From the human T2T-CHM13v2.0 reference genome, Homo sapiens: DNA of 64,000 nucleotides. The notes below the pieces were generated by a model, which was not told where the DNA came from, did not search any database, and saw nothing but the letters and a program-made list of their open reading frames with translations. A program made the translations under genes and the position numbers. Each line of letters opens with the position of its first letter. Position 1 is the stretch's first letter. Location of the stretch: NCBI GenBank assembly GCA_009914755.4, contig CP086569.2:24768001-24832000 (forward strand), in the 5' to 3' direction. Below are positions 42,756 to 51,838 of the stretch, one piece after another.

Positions 42756-44690
42756 GTAGAAAGCTTTCTGTACTACACCAGAGAGTAAGAGATGTGGATT
42801 TAGCTACTCTCACTTGAGGCTACTAAGCCAGCTATCATGCACCATGAGACAAAGCCCAAGCTGTCCCACCAGGGCATAATTGTGGAGAGCCTAAAGCCCA
42901 TAGCATAGCTGCTATTTCAAACAATTTTCACTACGTCAGTGGTGATGAAATAGAATAGGCTCATCCATACGCAGAACCTGGTAAAGAACTGGAGGCAGAA
43001 AGAAGTGGCTATGTGGAGATGCAAATGAAACAAATTTGGCACAGCAACTACTTCAATCCTGTGTCTTTCTTCCTGGCTTTCCAGGAGTTTGAGGTTGAAA
43101 CTATTGTTGACAAAAGACGAGACAAAAATGGAAAGACAGAGGCCAGGCACAGTGGCTCATGCCTGTAATCCCAGCACTTTGCAAGGCTGAGGCGGGCAGA
43201 TTACGAGTTCAGGAGATGGAGACCATTCTGGCTAATACAGTGAAAACCTCTTTCTACTAAAAATCATAAAGTTAGCCAGGCGTGGTGGCAGGCCCCTCTA
43301 ATCTCAGCTACCCGGGAGGCTGAGGCAGGAGAATCGCATGAACCCAGGAGGTGGAGGTTGCAGTGAGCCGAGATTGTGCAATTGTGCCACTGTACTCCTG
43401 CCTGGGTGATAGCTCAAGACTTTGTCTAAAAAAAAAAACAAAACAAAACAACAACAACAACAACAAAAATTTTTGGTGTTGCAAAGGTTAAGAAGAAACG
43501 GTATGACACTTGGGAACCAGAGCAGCACCGGTCAAAAATATATATATTACTTTAACAGATGACAGACTGAAAAACAGAAAAAGTAAAAAAGTGGCATGGA
43601 CCAGAACAACTAGAACTTTTTCAAACAATACCAGAAGATGAACTTCTACATCTACCAAGCCCAACTTTTCTAAGAATACTCCTAAAACGCTAGTGTCTGG
43701 CCAACACCACAAATTCAAAAGCAGCCAGTTATGTTCTGCCAGCCAGAATGTTAGCAGTAATCCAGGGTCACCTCTGTCCGACCCAAAGAATATGGAGCTA
43801 CTGTGTTCAACTATCAAGAAAGACACTTGCCCCTTACAACCCTTTTAACAACAAGAACACAGTGAGTGGCATTCAGGAACTCTAGAATCTGGACCCTATT
43901 GCAGCAGATCAGCAGGATACAGTGGTCTTCAAGGAGGAGGAAGGGAAGATCATCAGGGCTTTATCAGATCCCAGGGCAGGACATTGTGGAATAGAGAGCA
44001 AGACCCAGATTCACCCACTATTTTCTCAGAGGTCTGGCTCAGTTACGGCTTCCATGGCTGCAGACTCAGCTACCAAAAAAGGTATAGTGGTATTAATGGG
44101 CCAATCGGCAGCCAATGGAAAAACAGATGTGCATACATTAGTTGCAAGAGTGAAAGTTGGGCAAAGAAATGTTACTGACGGTGGCAGAGACCAGCTTTTT
44201 ATCCAGAAGATGTACCTCATCATAGGCCTAGCAGAAAGTGCCAGCACATACAGAGATATTGCAGTGAAGAAAGAGGACAGATTCACCCAGATGTGCCTAT
44301 AAACTAGATCAACATAAAAAATGTACTGAATATAGAAGTAATTAAAGCAATGGTTAATGCTCTGAATAGGGCTGCTGTGGGTGGCAGCAAGCTTGTGCTG
44401 TTCAGTGCAGCTGGAAGTGTCTTTTGCTGTGGTCTCGATTTGGGGTACTTTCTGAAGTATTTAAGGAAGGACAGAAACAGAACAAGCCTTGAGATGGTGA
44501 ACACCATCAAGAACTTTGTGAATACTTTCAATCAATTTTAAAAGCCTGTTTTTGTATCAGTCAGTGGCCCATCCTTCGGAATAGGTGCATCCACACTGCC
44601 TCTTTGTGATTTCTTCTGAGCTAATGAAAAGCCTTGGTTTCAAACCCCTTATATGACATCTGGACAGAGTCCAGATGGCTGTTGTGTTAC
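42756..44690 (+). pseudogene. CDY-like pseudogene: the upstream copy of a tandemly duplicated CDY unit, interrupted by an Alu and by stops/frameshifts, 3'-truncated
   Basis: Nucleotides 42756-42900 align to 46555-46700 (the CDY 5' flank), and 43050-43140 aligns to the chromodomain codons (ccaggagtttgaggttgaaactattgttgacaaaagacgagacaaaaatgg). An Alu is inserted at 43141-43468. ORF 43922..44302 (MVFKEEEGKIIRALSDP...[20 protein letters not shown]...STYRDIAVKKEDRFTQ) and ORF 44350..44541 ([60 protein letters not shown]) are ~78% identical in protein to CDY residues ~175-300 and 330-395. There is a stop after ...FTQMCL and frame changes. Homology ends at ~44690, corresponding to CDY residue ~450. 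Confidence 0.8.
43141..43468 (+). mobile_element. Alu inserted into the chromodomain-coding region of the CDY pseudogene copy
   Basis: ggccaggcacagtggctcatgcctgtaatcccagcactttgcaaggctgaggcgggcagattacgagttcaggagatggagaccattctggctaatacagtgaaaacc...cactgtactcctgcctgggtgatagctcaagactttgtctaaaaaaaaaaacaaaacaaaacaacaacaac. The flanks gacaaaaatggaaagacagag | tttttggtgttgcaaaggttaagaagaaacggtatgacacttgggaacc correspond to contiguous CDY sequence gataaaaatgggaatacacag|tatttggttcggtggaaaggttatgacaaacaggatgacacttgggaacc in the intact copy. Confidence 0.9.
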
Positions 44691-44699
44691 TTTAGTTCC

Positions 44700-45130
44700 T
44701 ACTTGAACTTTGCATCATCCAGCCTCCTTAATTATTGTGGCCATGAGACATTACTTCATCCCTTGATTGATCCCAGGCCAAGGTCTCAGGCCAAGCTGTC
44801 ACTTCAGCTCCTTCTTGGTCCAGGGCCAAGTTCCAAGGCTGAGCCTTGTAGCTTCTACAAATCATCACTTCAGCTCCAGATGAATCCAAGGCCAAGTTTC
44901 AGGGCCAAGCCAAATGACACCTACTCCAAGAACACTAACCACATTTCTTTACTTCTCTGTCCTTAGAAACTGTAAAGCACAGCCTCATAGTAGGTAAACC
45001 ACTCACATTCCACCCCCACTGTGAAGAGTTTTTTACTTTCACTTATAAAAGTTTTGATTCAACCTTTTTGCATCCATCCTCCTTAATTTTCTTGGCCATG
45101 AGACAAAGAACTCTGTGTGATATCTCACAA
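44700..45130 (+). repeat. Unclassified repeat element with internal GGCCAAG(G/T)TC-type sub-repeats, copy 1; begins exactly where CDY-pseudogene homology ends
   Basis: tcccaggccaaggtctcaggccaagctgtcacttcagctccttcttggtccagggccaagttccaaggctgagcc...ccaaggccaagtttcagggccaagccaaatgacacc, then ttttgcatccatcctccttaattttcttggccatgagacaaagaactctgtgtgatatctcac. It is homologous to 51050-51440. Confidence 0.55.
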
Positions 45131-45179
45131 TTAGAGTTTTCTAGGTCGTAGTGCACTAATGAGACTGCAATGATTGAAG

Positions 45180-46550
45180 TCTGGGAATTGAGCTCTGGGA
45201 TGCATCAGCCTTGCGAGACCAACTGACACACTGTCCCCACACTGTGATACACACCCTTCGGGTCAGTCAACCATATAGTGGTCACCAATGGAGTCTGAAA
45301 AGGGGCAAGGCAGATTTATACAGCCTAGAAACCTGAGGGACACCATCAAGCAGCCATACATATGCATTTTGGAAGTTCCAAGGAAGAGACAAAAACTCAT
45401 GGATACTATTTAACAACATAGTCATAAAGAATGCAACAATTTAAGACAATAAGTAAGCACCCAAGGAGCTCAACAGACTCCAAGTAACAAAAACTCAAAG
45501 AAACAAACTCAAACTTACCTGATAATTAAACTGTCTAAAATAAATACAAAGAGAACCTTGAGGATTTTCAAGGGAAGCAGGGGAAGTAGCTAGTCATGTA
45601 AAAGGGACCCTAAAAATAACCAGTGGATCACTTATCTGAATAACCACCGAAAAGCAGTAGATTTCTTATCTGAAAACTGAGATAGAAAGCAGTAGCCTCA
45701 TATATTCCAAGTGATGTCAGAAAAAACTGTCAAGCCTAAACATTATGATCCACCAAACTGTCCATCAAAGGTGAGGGACAAATTATGACATTCCCATATA
45801 AAAACTGGCACCTTTTACAAGTAGACTACCCTTTAAGAAATGTCTTATGGAGTACTTCAGGGTAGAATGGACAGATACTCAAAAGCAGTATGAACAAACA
45901 AAGATTAAGGTAAAGATAAATACATGAACAAATATGTAAGATAAAAAATTTGGCTGGGCTCAGTGGCTCACACCTGTAATCCCAGCATTTTGGGAGGCTG
46001 AGGTGCTTGGATCACGAGGTCAGGAGATCGAGACAATCCTGGCTAACATGGTGAAACCCCGTCTCTACTAAAAATACAACAAATTCGTAGGGCCAGGTGG
46101 CAGGTGCCTGTAGTCTCAGCTACTCGGGAGGCTGAGACAGGAGAATGGCATGAATCCGGGAGGTGGAGCTTGTAGTGAGCCAAGATCTCACTACTGCACT
46201 CCAGCCTCATTGACAGGGCGAGACTCCATCTCAAAACAAAACAAAACAAAACAAAACAAAACGAACAATTAACAATGTGCACCTCCACAATTTGTTCTCC
46301 ACATAACTTAAAACACAAATATATTTAATAAAAAAACTACCACTAATTTGTGTTTTTGACATAAAATCAATAAAGGTATAATTTTGAGAACTCAGTAAGT
46401 GAAATAATGGAGGTACATTATACAGGAGTAAAGGCTTTGTATGTTACTGAAGGTAAGCTAGTGTAACTTTAAAAATGTTATAACATTAGAATGTTCCATA
46501 TAATCGTCATAGCAACCACAATTAAACAAAGAAACACAAAAGAGTAACAG
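45180..46550 (+). mobile_element. Ancient L1 (L1M-like) ORF1 segment upstream of the intact CDY, carrying an Alu at 45952-46264
   Basis: agaaacctgagggacaccatcaagcagccatacatatgcattttggaagttccaaggaag translates to LRDTIKQPYICILEVPRK, which is L1 ORF1-like. It is colinear with 41925-42740 of copy 1. Confidence 0.45.
45952..46264 (+). mobile_element. Alu with (AAAAC)n tail, present only in the intact-CDY copy of the duplication (~600 bp upstream of the CDY 5' flank)
   Basis: ggctgggctcagtggctcacacctgtaatcccagcattttgggaggctgaggtgcttggatcacgaggtcaggagatcgagacaatcctggctaacatggtgaaaccccgtctctactaaaaatac...gcactccagcctcattgacagggcgagactccatctcaaaacaaaacaaaac. It is absent from the homologous position in copy 1 (~42500). 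Confidence 0.9.
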
Positions 46551-46554
46551 GCAG

Positions 46555-46871
46555 GAAGAAAGCTTTCTGTACTACACCAGAGGGTTGGGGCTGTGGATTT
46601 AGCTACTCTCACCTGAGGCTACTGAGCAAGTTGTCATGCACCATGAGACAAAGCCCAAGCTGTCCCACCAGGCAGTAAGTATGGAGAGGTTCAGGCACAT
46701 GGCATAGCTGCTATTTCGCACAATTTTCACTACACCAGTGGTGACAAAATAGAAGAGGTTCATCCATACACAGAACCTGGTGAAGAGTTGGAGGCAGAAA
46801 GAAGTGTCTATGTGGAGACGCAACTGAAACAAAGGTGGCACAGCAACTGTTCCAATCCCGTGTCTTTCCTC
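46555..46871 (+). promoter_or_regulatory. CDY 5' flank / 5'UTR segment, conserved between the two tandem copies (42756-43050 is its counterpart); presumed promoter/UTR of the retrogene
   Basis: Colinear homology between the two copies of the duplication lies immediately upstream of the chromodomain codons. No CpG island or clear TATA box was identified, and the transcription start cannot be placed from sequence alone. Confidence 0.3.
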
Positions 46872-48494
46872 ATGGCTTCCCAGGAGTTTGAGGTTGAAGC
46901 TATTGTTGACAAAAGACAGGATAAAAATGGGAATACACAGTATTTGGTTCGGTGGAAAGGTTATGACAAACAGGATGACACTTGGGAACCAGAGCAGCAC
47001 CTCATGAACTGTGAAAAATGTGTACATGATTTTAATAGACGACAGACTGAAAAACAGAAAAAACTGACATGGACTACAACCAGTAGAATTTTTTCAAACA
47101 ATGCCAGAAGAAGAACTTCCAGATCTACAAAAGCAAACTATTCTAAGAACTCTCCTAAAACGCCAGTGACTGATAAACACCACAGGTCCAAAAACCGCAA
47201 GTTATTTGCTGCCAGCAAGAACGTTAGGAGAAAGGCAGCTTCAATTCTCTCTGACACAAAGAATATGGAGATAATAAATTCAACTATTGAGACCCTTGCA
47301 CCTGACAGCCCCTTTGACCACAAAACTGTGAGTGGCTTTCAGAAACTTGAGAAACTGGACCCTATTGCAGCAGATCAGCAGGACACGGTGGTCTTCAAGG
47401 TGACAGAAGGGAAACTCCTCCGGGACCCTTTGTCACGTCCTGGTGCAGAACAGACTGGAATACAGAACAAGACTCAGATACACCCACTAATGTCGCAGAT
47501 GTCTGGCTCAGTTACTGCTTCTATGGCCACAGGTTCAGCTACCCGAAAGGGTATAGTGGTATTAATAGACCCATTAGCAGCCAATGGGACAACAGACATG
47601 CATACCTCAGTTCCAAGAGTGAAAGGTGGGCAAAGAAATATTACTGATGACAGCAGAGACCAGCCTTTTATCAAGAAGATGCACTTCACCATAAGGCTAA
47701 CAGAAAGTGCCAGCACATACAGAGACATTGTAGTGAAGAAAGAGGATGGATTCACCCAGATAGTGCTATCAACTAGATCGACAGAAAAAAATGCACTGAA
47801 TACAGAAGTAATTAAAGAAATAGTTAATGCTCTGAATAGCGCTGCTGCAGATGACAGCAAGCTCGTGCTGTTCAGTGCAGCTGGAAGTGTCTTTTGCTGC
47901 GGTCTTGATTTTGGGTACTTTGTGAAGCACTTAAGGAATAACAGAAACACAGCAAGCCTTGAAATGGTGGACACCATCAAGAACTTTGTGAATACTTTTA
48001 TTCAATTTAAAAAGCCTATTGTTGTATCAGTCAATGGCCCTGCGATTGGACTAGGTGCATCCATCCTGCCTCTTTGTGATCTCGTGTGGGCTAATGAAAA
48101 GGCTTGGTTCCAAACCCCTTATACGACCTTTGGACAGAGTCCAGATGGCTGTTCTTCTATTACATTCCCCAAAATGATGGGTAAAGCATCTGCCAATGAA
48201 ATGTTAATTGCTGGGCGAAAGCTGACAGCAAGGGAGGCATGCGCCAAAGGCCTGGTCTCTCAGGTATTTTTGACTGGAACTTTCACCCAAGAGGTTATGA
48301 TTCAAATTAAGGAGCTTGCCTCATACAATCCAATTGTACTGGAAGAATGTAAGGCCCTCGTTCGCTGTAATATTAAGTTGGAGTTGGAACAGGCCAATGA
48401 GAGAGAGTGTGAGGTGCTGAGGAAGATCTGGAGCTCAGCCCAAGGGATAGAATCCATGTTAAAGTATGTTGAAAATAAAATTGATGAGTTTTAA
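46872..48494 (+). CDS. CDY1: Testis-specific chromodomain protein Y (CDY family), intact intronless 540-aa ORF with N-terminal chromodomain and C-terminal enoyl-CoA hydratase/crotonase-like domain
   Basis: The six-frame ORF 46788..48494 contains the first in-frame ATG at 46872 ([54 protein letters not shown]...). This region is a classic chromo box. Residues ~285-540 (...[20 protein letters not shown]...[37 protein letters not shown]...) have a crotonase fold, and the protein ends ...[11 protein letters not shown] recognise this as human CDY; the 540-aa length matches what I recall for CDY1 rather than the 541-aa CDY2, but the paralog assignment is uncertain (~0.55). The 28-codon N-terminal extension in the ORF track is a TTG-start artifact. 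The ORF is uninterrupted over 1.6 kb, consistent with a retrogene. Confidence 0.9.
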   Translation: MASQEFEVEAIVDKRQDKNGNTQYLVRWKGYDKQDDTWEPEQHLMNCEKCVHDFNRRQTEKQKKLTWTTTSRIFSNNARRRTSRSTKANYSKNSPKTPVTDKHHRSKNRKLFAASKNVRRKAASILSDTKNMEIINSTIETLAPDSPFDHKTVSGFQKLEKLDPIAADQQDTVVFKVTEGKLLRDPLSRPGAEQTGIQNKTQIHPLMSQMSGSVTASMATGSATRKGIVVLIDPLAANGTTDMHTSVPRVKGGQRNITDDSRDQPFIKKMHFTIRLTESASTYRDIVVKKEDGFTQIVLSTRSTEKNALNTEVIKEIVNALNSAAADDSKLVLFSAAGSVFCCGLDFGYFVKHLRNNRNTASLEMVDTIKNFVNTFIQFKKPIVVSVNGPAIGLGASILPLCDLVWANEKAWFQTPYTTFGQSPDGCSSITFPKMMGKASANEMLIAGRKLTAREACAKGLVSQVFLTGTFTQEVMIQIKELASYNPIVLEECKALVRCNIKLELEQANERECEVLRKIWSSAQGIESMLKYVENKIDEF

Positions 48495-49524
48495 TTGTCA
48501 GTCTGTCTGCTCAGGACACAAGAACTAAGGGGCAACAAATGCATCATGAGTTGCAAGATGCCCTAATCCATCTTCATAGCCCAAAACAATTTCACCCATA
48601 GCTAAGGCTTGGAAACAGAACTGGAAATGTCCAAGCTATGTATTTAAATTATCACATCATTTTTAAGCACTGTAGCTTTACAAGGAGTAACAAAACAGCC
48701 TCTTTGCCCAAATGTGATTATTTTATGCACACCTAAGCCCAAATATAAAAACAGACTCTTCTTGCAAGCTCTAATATGTATCTATGGCTACTACTATATA
48801 TAAGACCAGAGTTGTGTTTTATTAGATGTTTGTGACAGAGAATCCTGTAATAATGTTGATTTTTTCTTATTTTTATATCCTAGAATACCTCTGTTGGGAT
48901 ATAAAGCAGCCTTCCCTCCCAGAAAGACACAGAATGATCAGAGATGGTGCCCTTGACTTTATAGTGGCACAAACGCTTCAGAGACACACAATTATAAGAG
49001 ACTTATCTTTTAGCATAAATACTTATGGCTCAAAATCCACTGACGATCATTCTCCTAAACTGAACACATGACTAGAATTGGTGGTGAGATATCGCTTGAT
49101 TTTCTTTTCCTTTATAAATGTCTAGTTCTTACCCAGTTAACAAAAGAAAACTTTATCGCTCTAAAGTAAAACTTGTTACACCACATTAGTGAATTATGGA
49201 ATGATTTTGGTGGAAATATCCAGGTTCTAATGTGTGGAATGTGCAGATTTAGGTTACTTTAGTGTATGTTCTAGTTAATAAGTTAAAATTCTGGACACAT
49301 TATTAAAGGCAGAAACTTCTTTCAAAGCAAACACCGCTACACTTTGTATGACCTTTACAATTATCAGTGTCTCTTTTTATGAGCACACAATTTTCTAGAA
49401 CACTGTATGTGCTCAGTTATGCAAAAGCTCTATGAATCCTGTCTTGTTGGTTTTTATCGAGGCTCCATTACATAGACATAATTGAATAATCCACTGGCCA
49501 CTGGTGATGAATGTCATCTTTGTC

Positions 49525-49945
49525 ACAAGATCTCTAGGGTGTCACTTCACCAGCCAAGAACCTCTGTGGATGATGGCACCTTTGTGCAAGGTTCCCTTGA
49601 GCCTGCTTTTCTAATTTTACAAACCCATCTTACAGGCTGCACTCAGCTCAAACTATGGGCTTAGGTTTCATTTTGCTATGGATGCACCAGGCACAGACTG
49701 GAGGCAGATGCATGAGTGAGTGTTGGTTCAGTCCAGCCACTGCACACAGCTTTGCCTGTTATCTGTGATGAGGTAAGCAGGTCAGGTGCTGGTACAGGTG
49801 ACAGCTCCCTGCAAATCTTTAGGTGAATCAGGCATACCACAAGCTTTCTCTTCTGCAGGCACTGAAGAATGCAGTGGCATCCACAAAAGAAGAAATGCCA
49901 GAAAATGCAAAGGCCCAAGGACGTCATCCTAGCCCTGGCATGGGA
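49525..49945 (+). repeat. More diverged copy (C) of the same unclassified repeat family, same orientation as copy B
   Basis: tttgtcacaagatctctagggtgtcacttcaccagccaagaacctctgtggatgatggcacctttgtgc... cttacaggctgcactcagctc... ccagaaaatgcaaaggcccaaggacgtcatcctagccctgg aligns with the B segments tttgtcatgagattttgggagagtcaccttgccagttgaaaacctctgcggccagtggtgcctttgcc / cctgacaggctgcactcagcttgc / ccagaaacagcaaagccctaaagagggtgtcacagccctgg. Confidence 0.55.
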
Positions 49946-51049
49946 AAGGTTTAGAGCTGGGGTATCTAAAGGGCCAATGTCCTGCTTTCTTTTTCCTTTT
50001 TTCTTTTTTTTTTTTTTTTTTCTTATCTATGGGATCACTATGACTTAAATTAGGGTTTTCAAAGGGCTCTGTCTCTCTTTCTACTGGAAATTAGCATCTT
50101 GTCTTTTCTTCACTCTTTCTCTCTTTGACTGCTTTTTATTTACTATGACATGCTATAGAAGAAATGCGTCTTGGCCCAGCATCTTTCTGTTGACTGTAGG
50201 GCTATTTGTCAGAAGCAGTAAGATTTTGGCTCAGCAATAAGGTAACATCTTCCCATTTAAGACCAAAAAAAGGGCTAGATATTAGAAAGGCTCTATATAT
50301 TTATTGATGTATCAGAAAACTTCCCCAGGTCTTACTTTATTTGTTTAAGGTACTGTAATGAAAAAGAAACTTGCACTTTACTGGCACCTCATTCATTGGG
50401 CATTTCCTATAGGGGTAGTAAGGAACGTGGAGGGTTGGATGTAAAAACTGGAAAAGCTGATGATGATGTGACTAAAAGGTTCTCTGCATCAAGAAGATGA
50501 GAAAACCTGTGGTAACAAATGTGGTTTTGAGTGTTTCCAGGGAGAATGTTTCTCTGACGTTTGGGAGTTGTTTCTTGTGGGCTTTTCTGATATGACTGCT
50601 AAGAAAGCAGGAACAATTTTACAGTATTTACAAAGATGTGGGTGGTTTCACAGGGCAAAAAGCCTTGCACATAGGGAACTTCAAACAATGTGCCTTTGAC
50701 TCTCAGAAACTATCTAGGTTTTCAATAGTATTGACAAAGAAAAGCTACATAGTTGTGGTGGATTATTGGTAAAATTTCTGCAAGCAGAGAAACAGCCTGA
50801 AATATCAGGCTGCAGACACAAATTTAAGAATCCTGCACAATCCTGTGGCACAAGCAAATAATTTTTTTAAAAAAGCCCAACTTTTTGTGTGTGTGTGCTT
50901 AAGACATGCCCACAGCTACTCAGATAAAAAAAAAAAAAAAAAAAAACAAGACCCCGCATTAAAATGTTGTGTCTTTTGTGTAACCAGAGTGCTTCCAGGA
51001 AATAGTCTCTCTCTTTTTTAGAACTTGTACATATTGGACTCCAATGTGT

Positions 51050-51440
51050 TACAAAGGGTACCTTATATTACTAAACATACTTCAGACTCCGAGCCAAATT
51101 TCTGTAAATTATCATTTAAGACTCTGGTCCCAGGCCAAGGTCCTGGGCCATGCTTTCCCTTTAGCTCTTGTGTGGCTCAGGGCCAAGTTCCTGAGCCAAG
51201 CTGAGTCATTACATCCGCCATTAATAGTTCCAGGCACAAGGACCCAGAAAAGATGAGAAGTGCTTTCTTCAAAACTAGTTAGTACCTTTTCTTCCTTCTG
51301 AGTCCATAAAAATATGAGACTCTTTCTCAAAGTGGGCAACTGACTCTACTCCACCAGAAGTTAACATATTAAACATTTACTATCATCTCACCTTTTGCAT
51401 TCCTAATTTTTAATTTTCTTGAAATTAAAAAGATCTGTGT
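51050..51440 (+). repeat. Unclassified repeat element, copy 2 of the GGCCAAG-rich element
   Basis: ctctggtcccaggccaaggtcctgggccatgctttccctttagctcttgtgtggctcagggccaagttcctgagccaagctgagtcattacatccgcc...ttttgcattcctaatttttaattttcttgaaattaaaaagatctgtgtgtcacc is colinear at ~75% with the 44776-45125 segments. Confidence 0.5.
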
Positions 51441-51545
51441 GTCACCTAAAAATGAGAGACTGATACATTGTGGTTCACTGGGGGACAGCAAGGTTTGTTT
51501 TTGGTTCATGGACTTGGAAAGGCCTTAATTAAAAAGGTCAGTAGG

Positions 51546-51838
51546 GGCTGGGCATGGTGGCTCATGACTGTTATCGCAGCACTTTGGGTGGCCAATGTGG
51601 GAAGATCAGGAGGAGATCAAGATGGAGATCATCCTGGCTAACATGGTGAAGCCCTCATGAAGTCTACCAAAAATACAAAAAATTAGCAGGGTGTGGTGGT
51701 GGGCACCTTTAGTGACAGTTGCTTGGTAGGCTAAGGCAGGAGAATGGCATAAACCCGGGAAATGGAGCTTGCAGTTAGCCAAGATCATGCAACTGGACTC
51801 CAGTTTAAGTGACAGAGAATCCATTAGAAAAAAAAAGT
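51546..51838 (+). mobile_element. Alu
   Basis: ggctgggcatggtggctcatgactgttatcgcagcactttgggtggccaatgtgggaagatcaggaggagatcaagatggagatcatcctggctaacatggtgaagccc...gcagggtgtggtggtgggcacc...ggcaggagaatggcataaacccgggaaatggagcttgcagttagccaagatcatgcaactggactccag. Confidence 0.85.

Noticed and set aside
46788-46871. 28-codon N-terminal extension of the CDY ORF ([28 protein letters not shown]) in the ORF track
   Set aside because: The ORF track treats GTG/TTG as start and prints M: ORF 20..214 begins with gtg. Read from the sequence, the codon at the extension's start is TTG, not ATG. The first ATG is MASQEF at 46872, matching the CDY protein.
47474-47980. 168-aa antisense ORF inside the CDY CDS (with a homologous antisense ORF at 44304..44531 in the pseudogene copy)
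   Set aside because: It is hydrophobic and low-complexity. It is conserved between the copies only because the sense-strand nucleotides are conserved. There is no independent coding evidence.
48474-48479. AATAAA hexamer as the CDY polyadenylation signal
   Set aside because: It lies within the last codons of the CDS (ENK). The actual 3' end cannot be placed from sequence alone.
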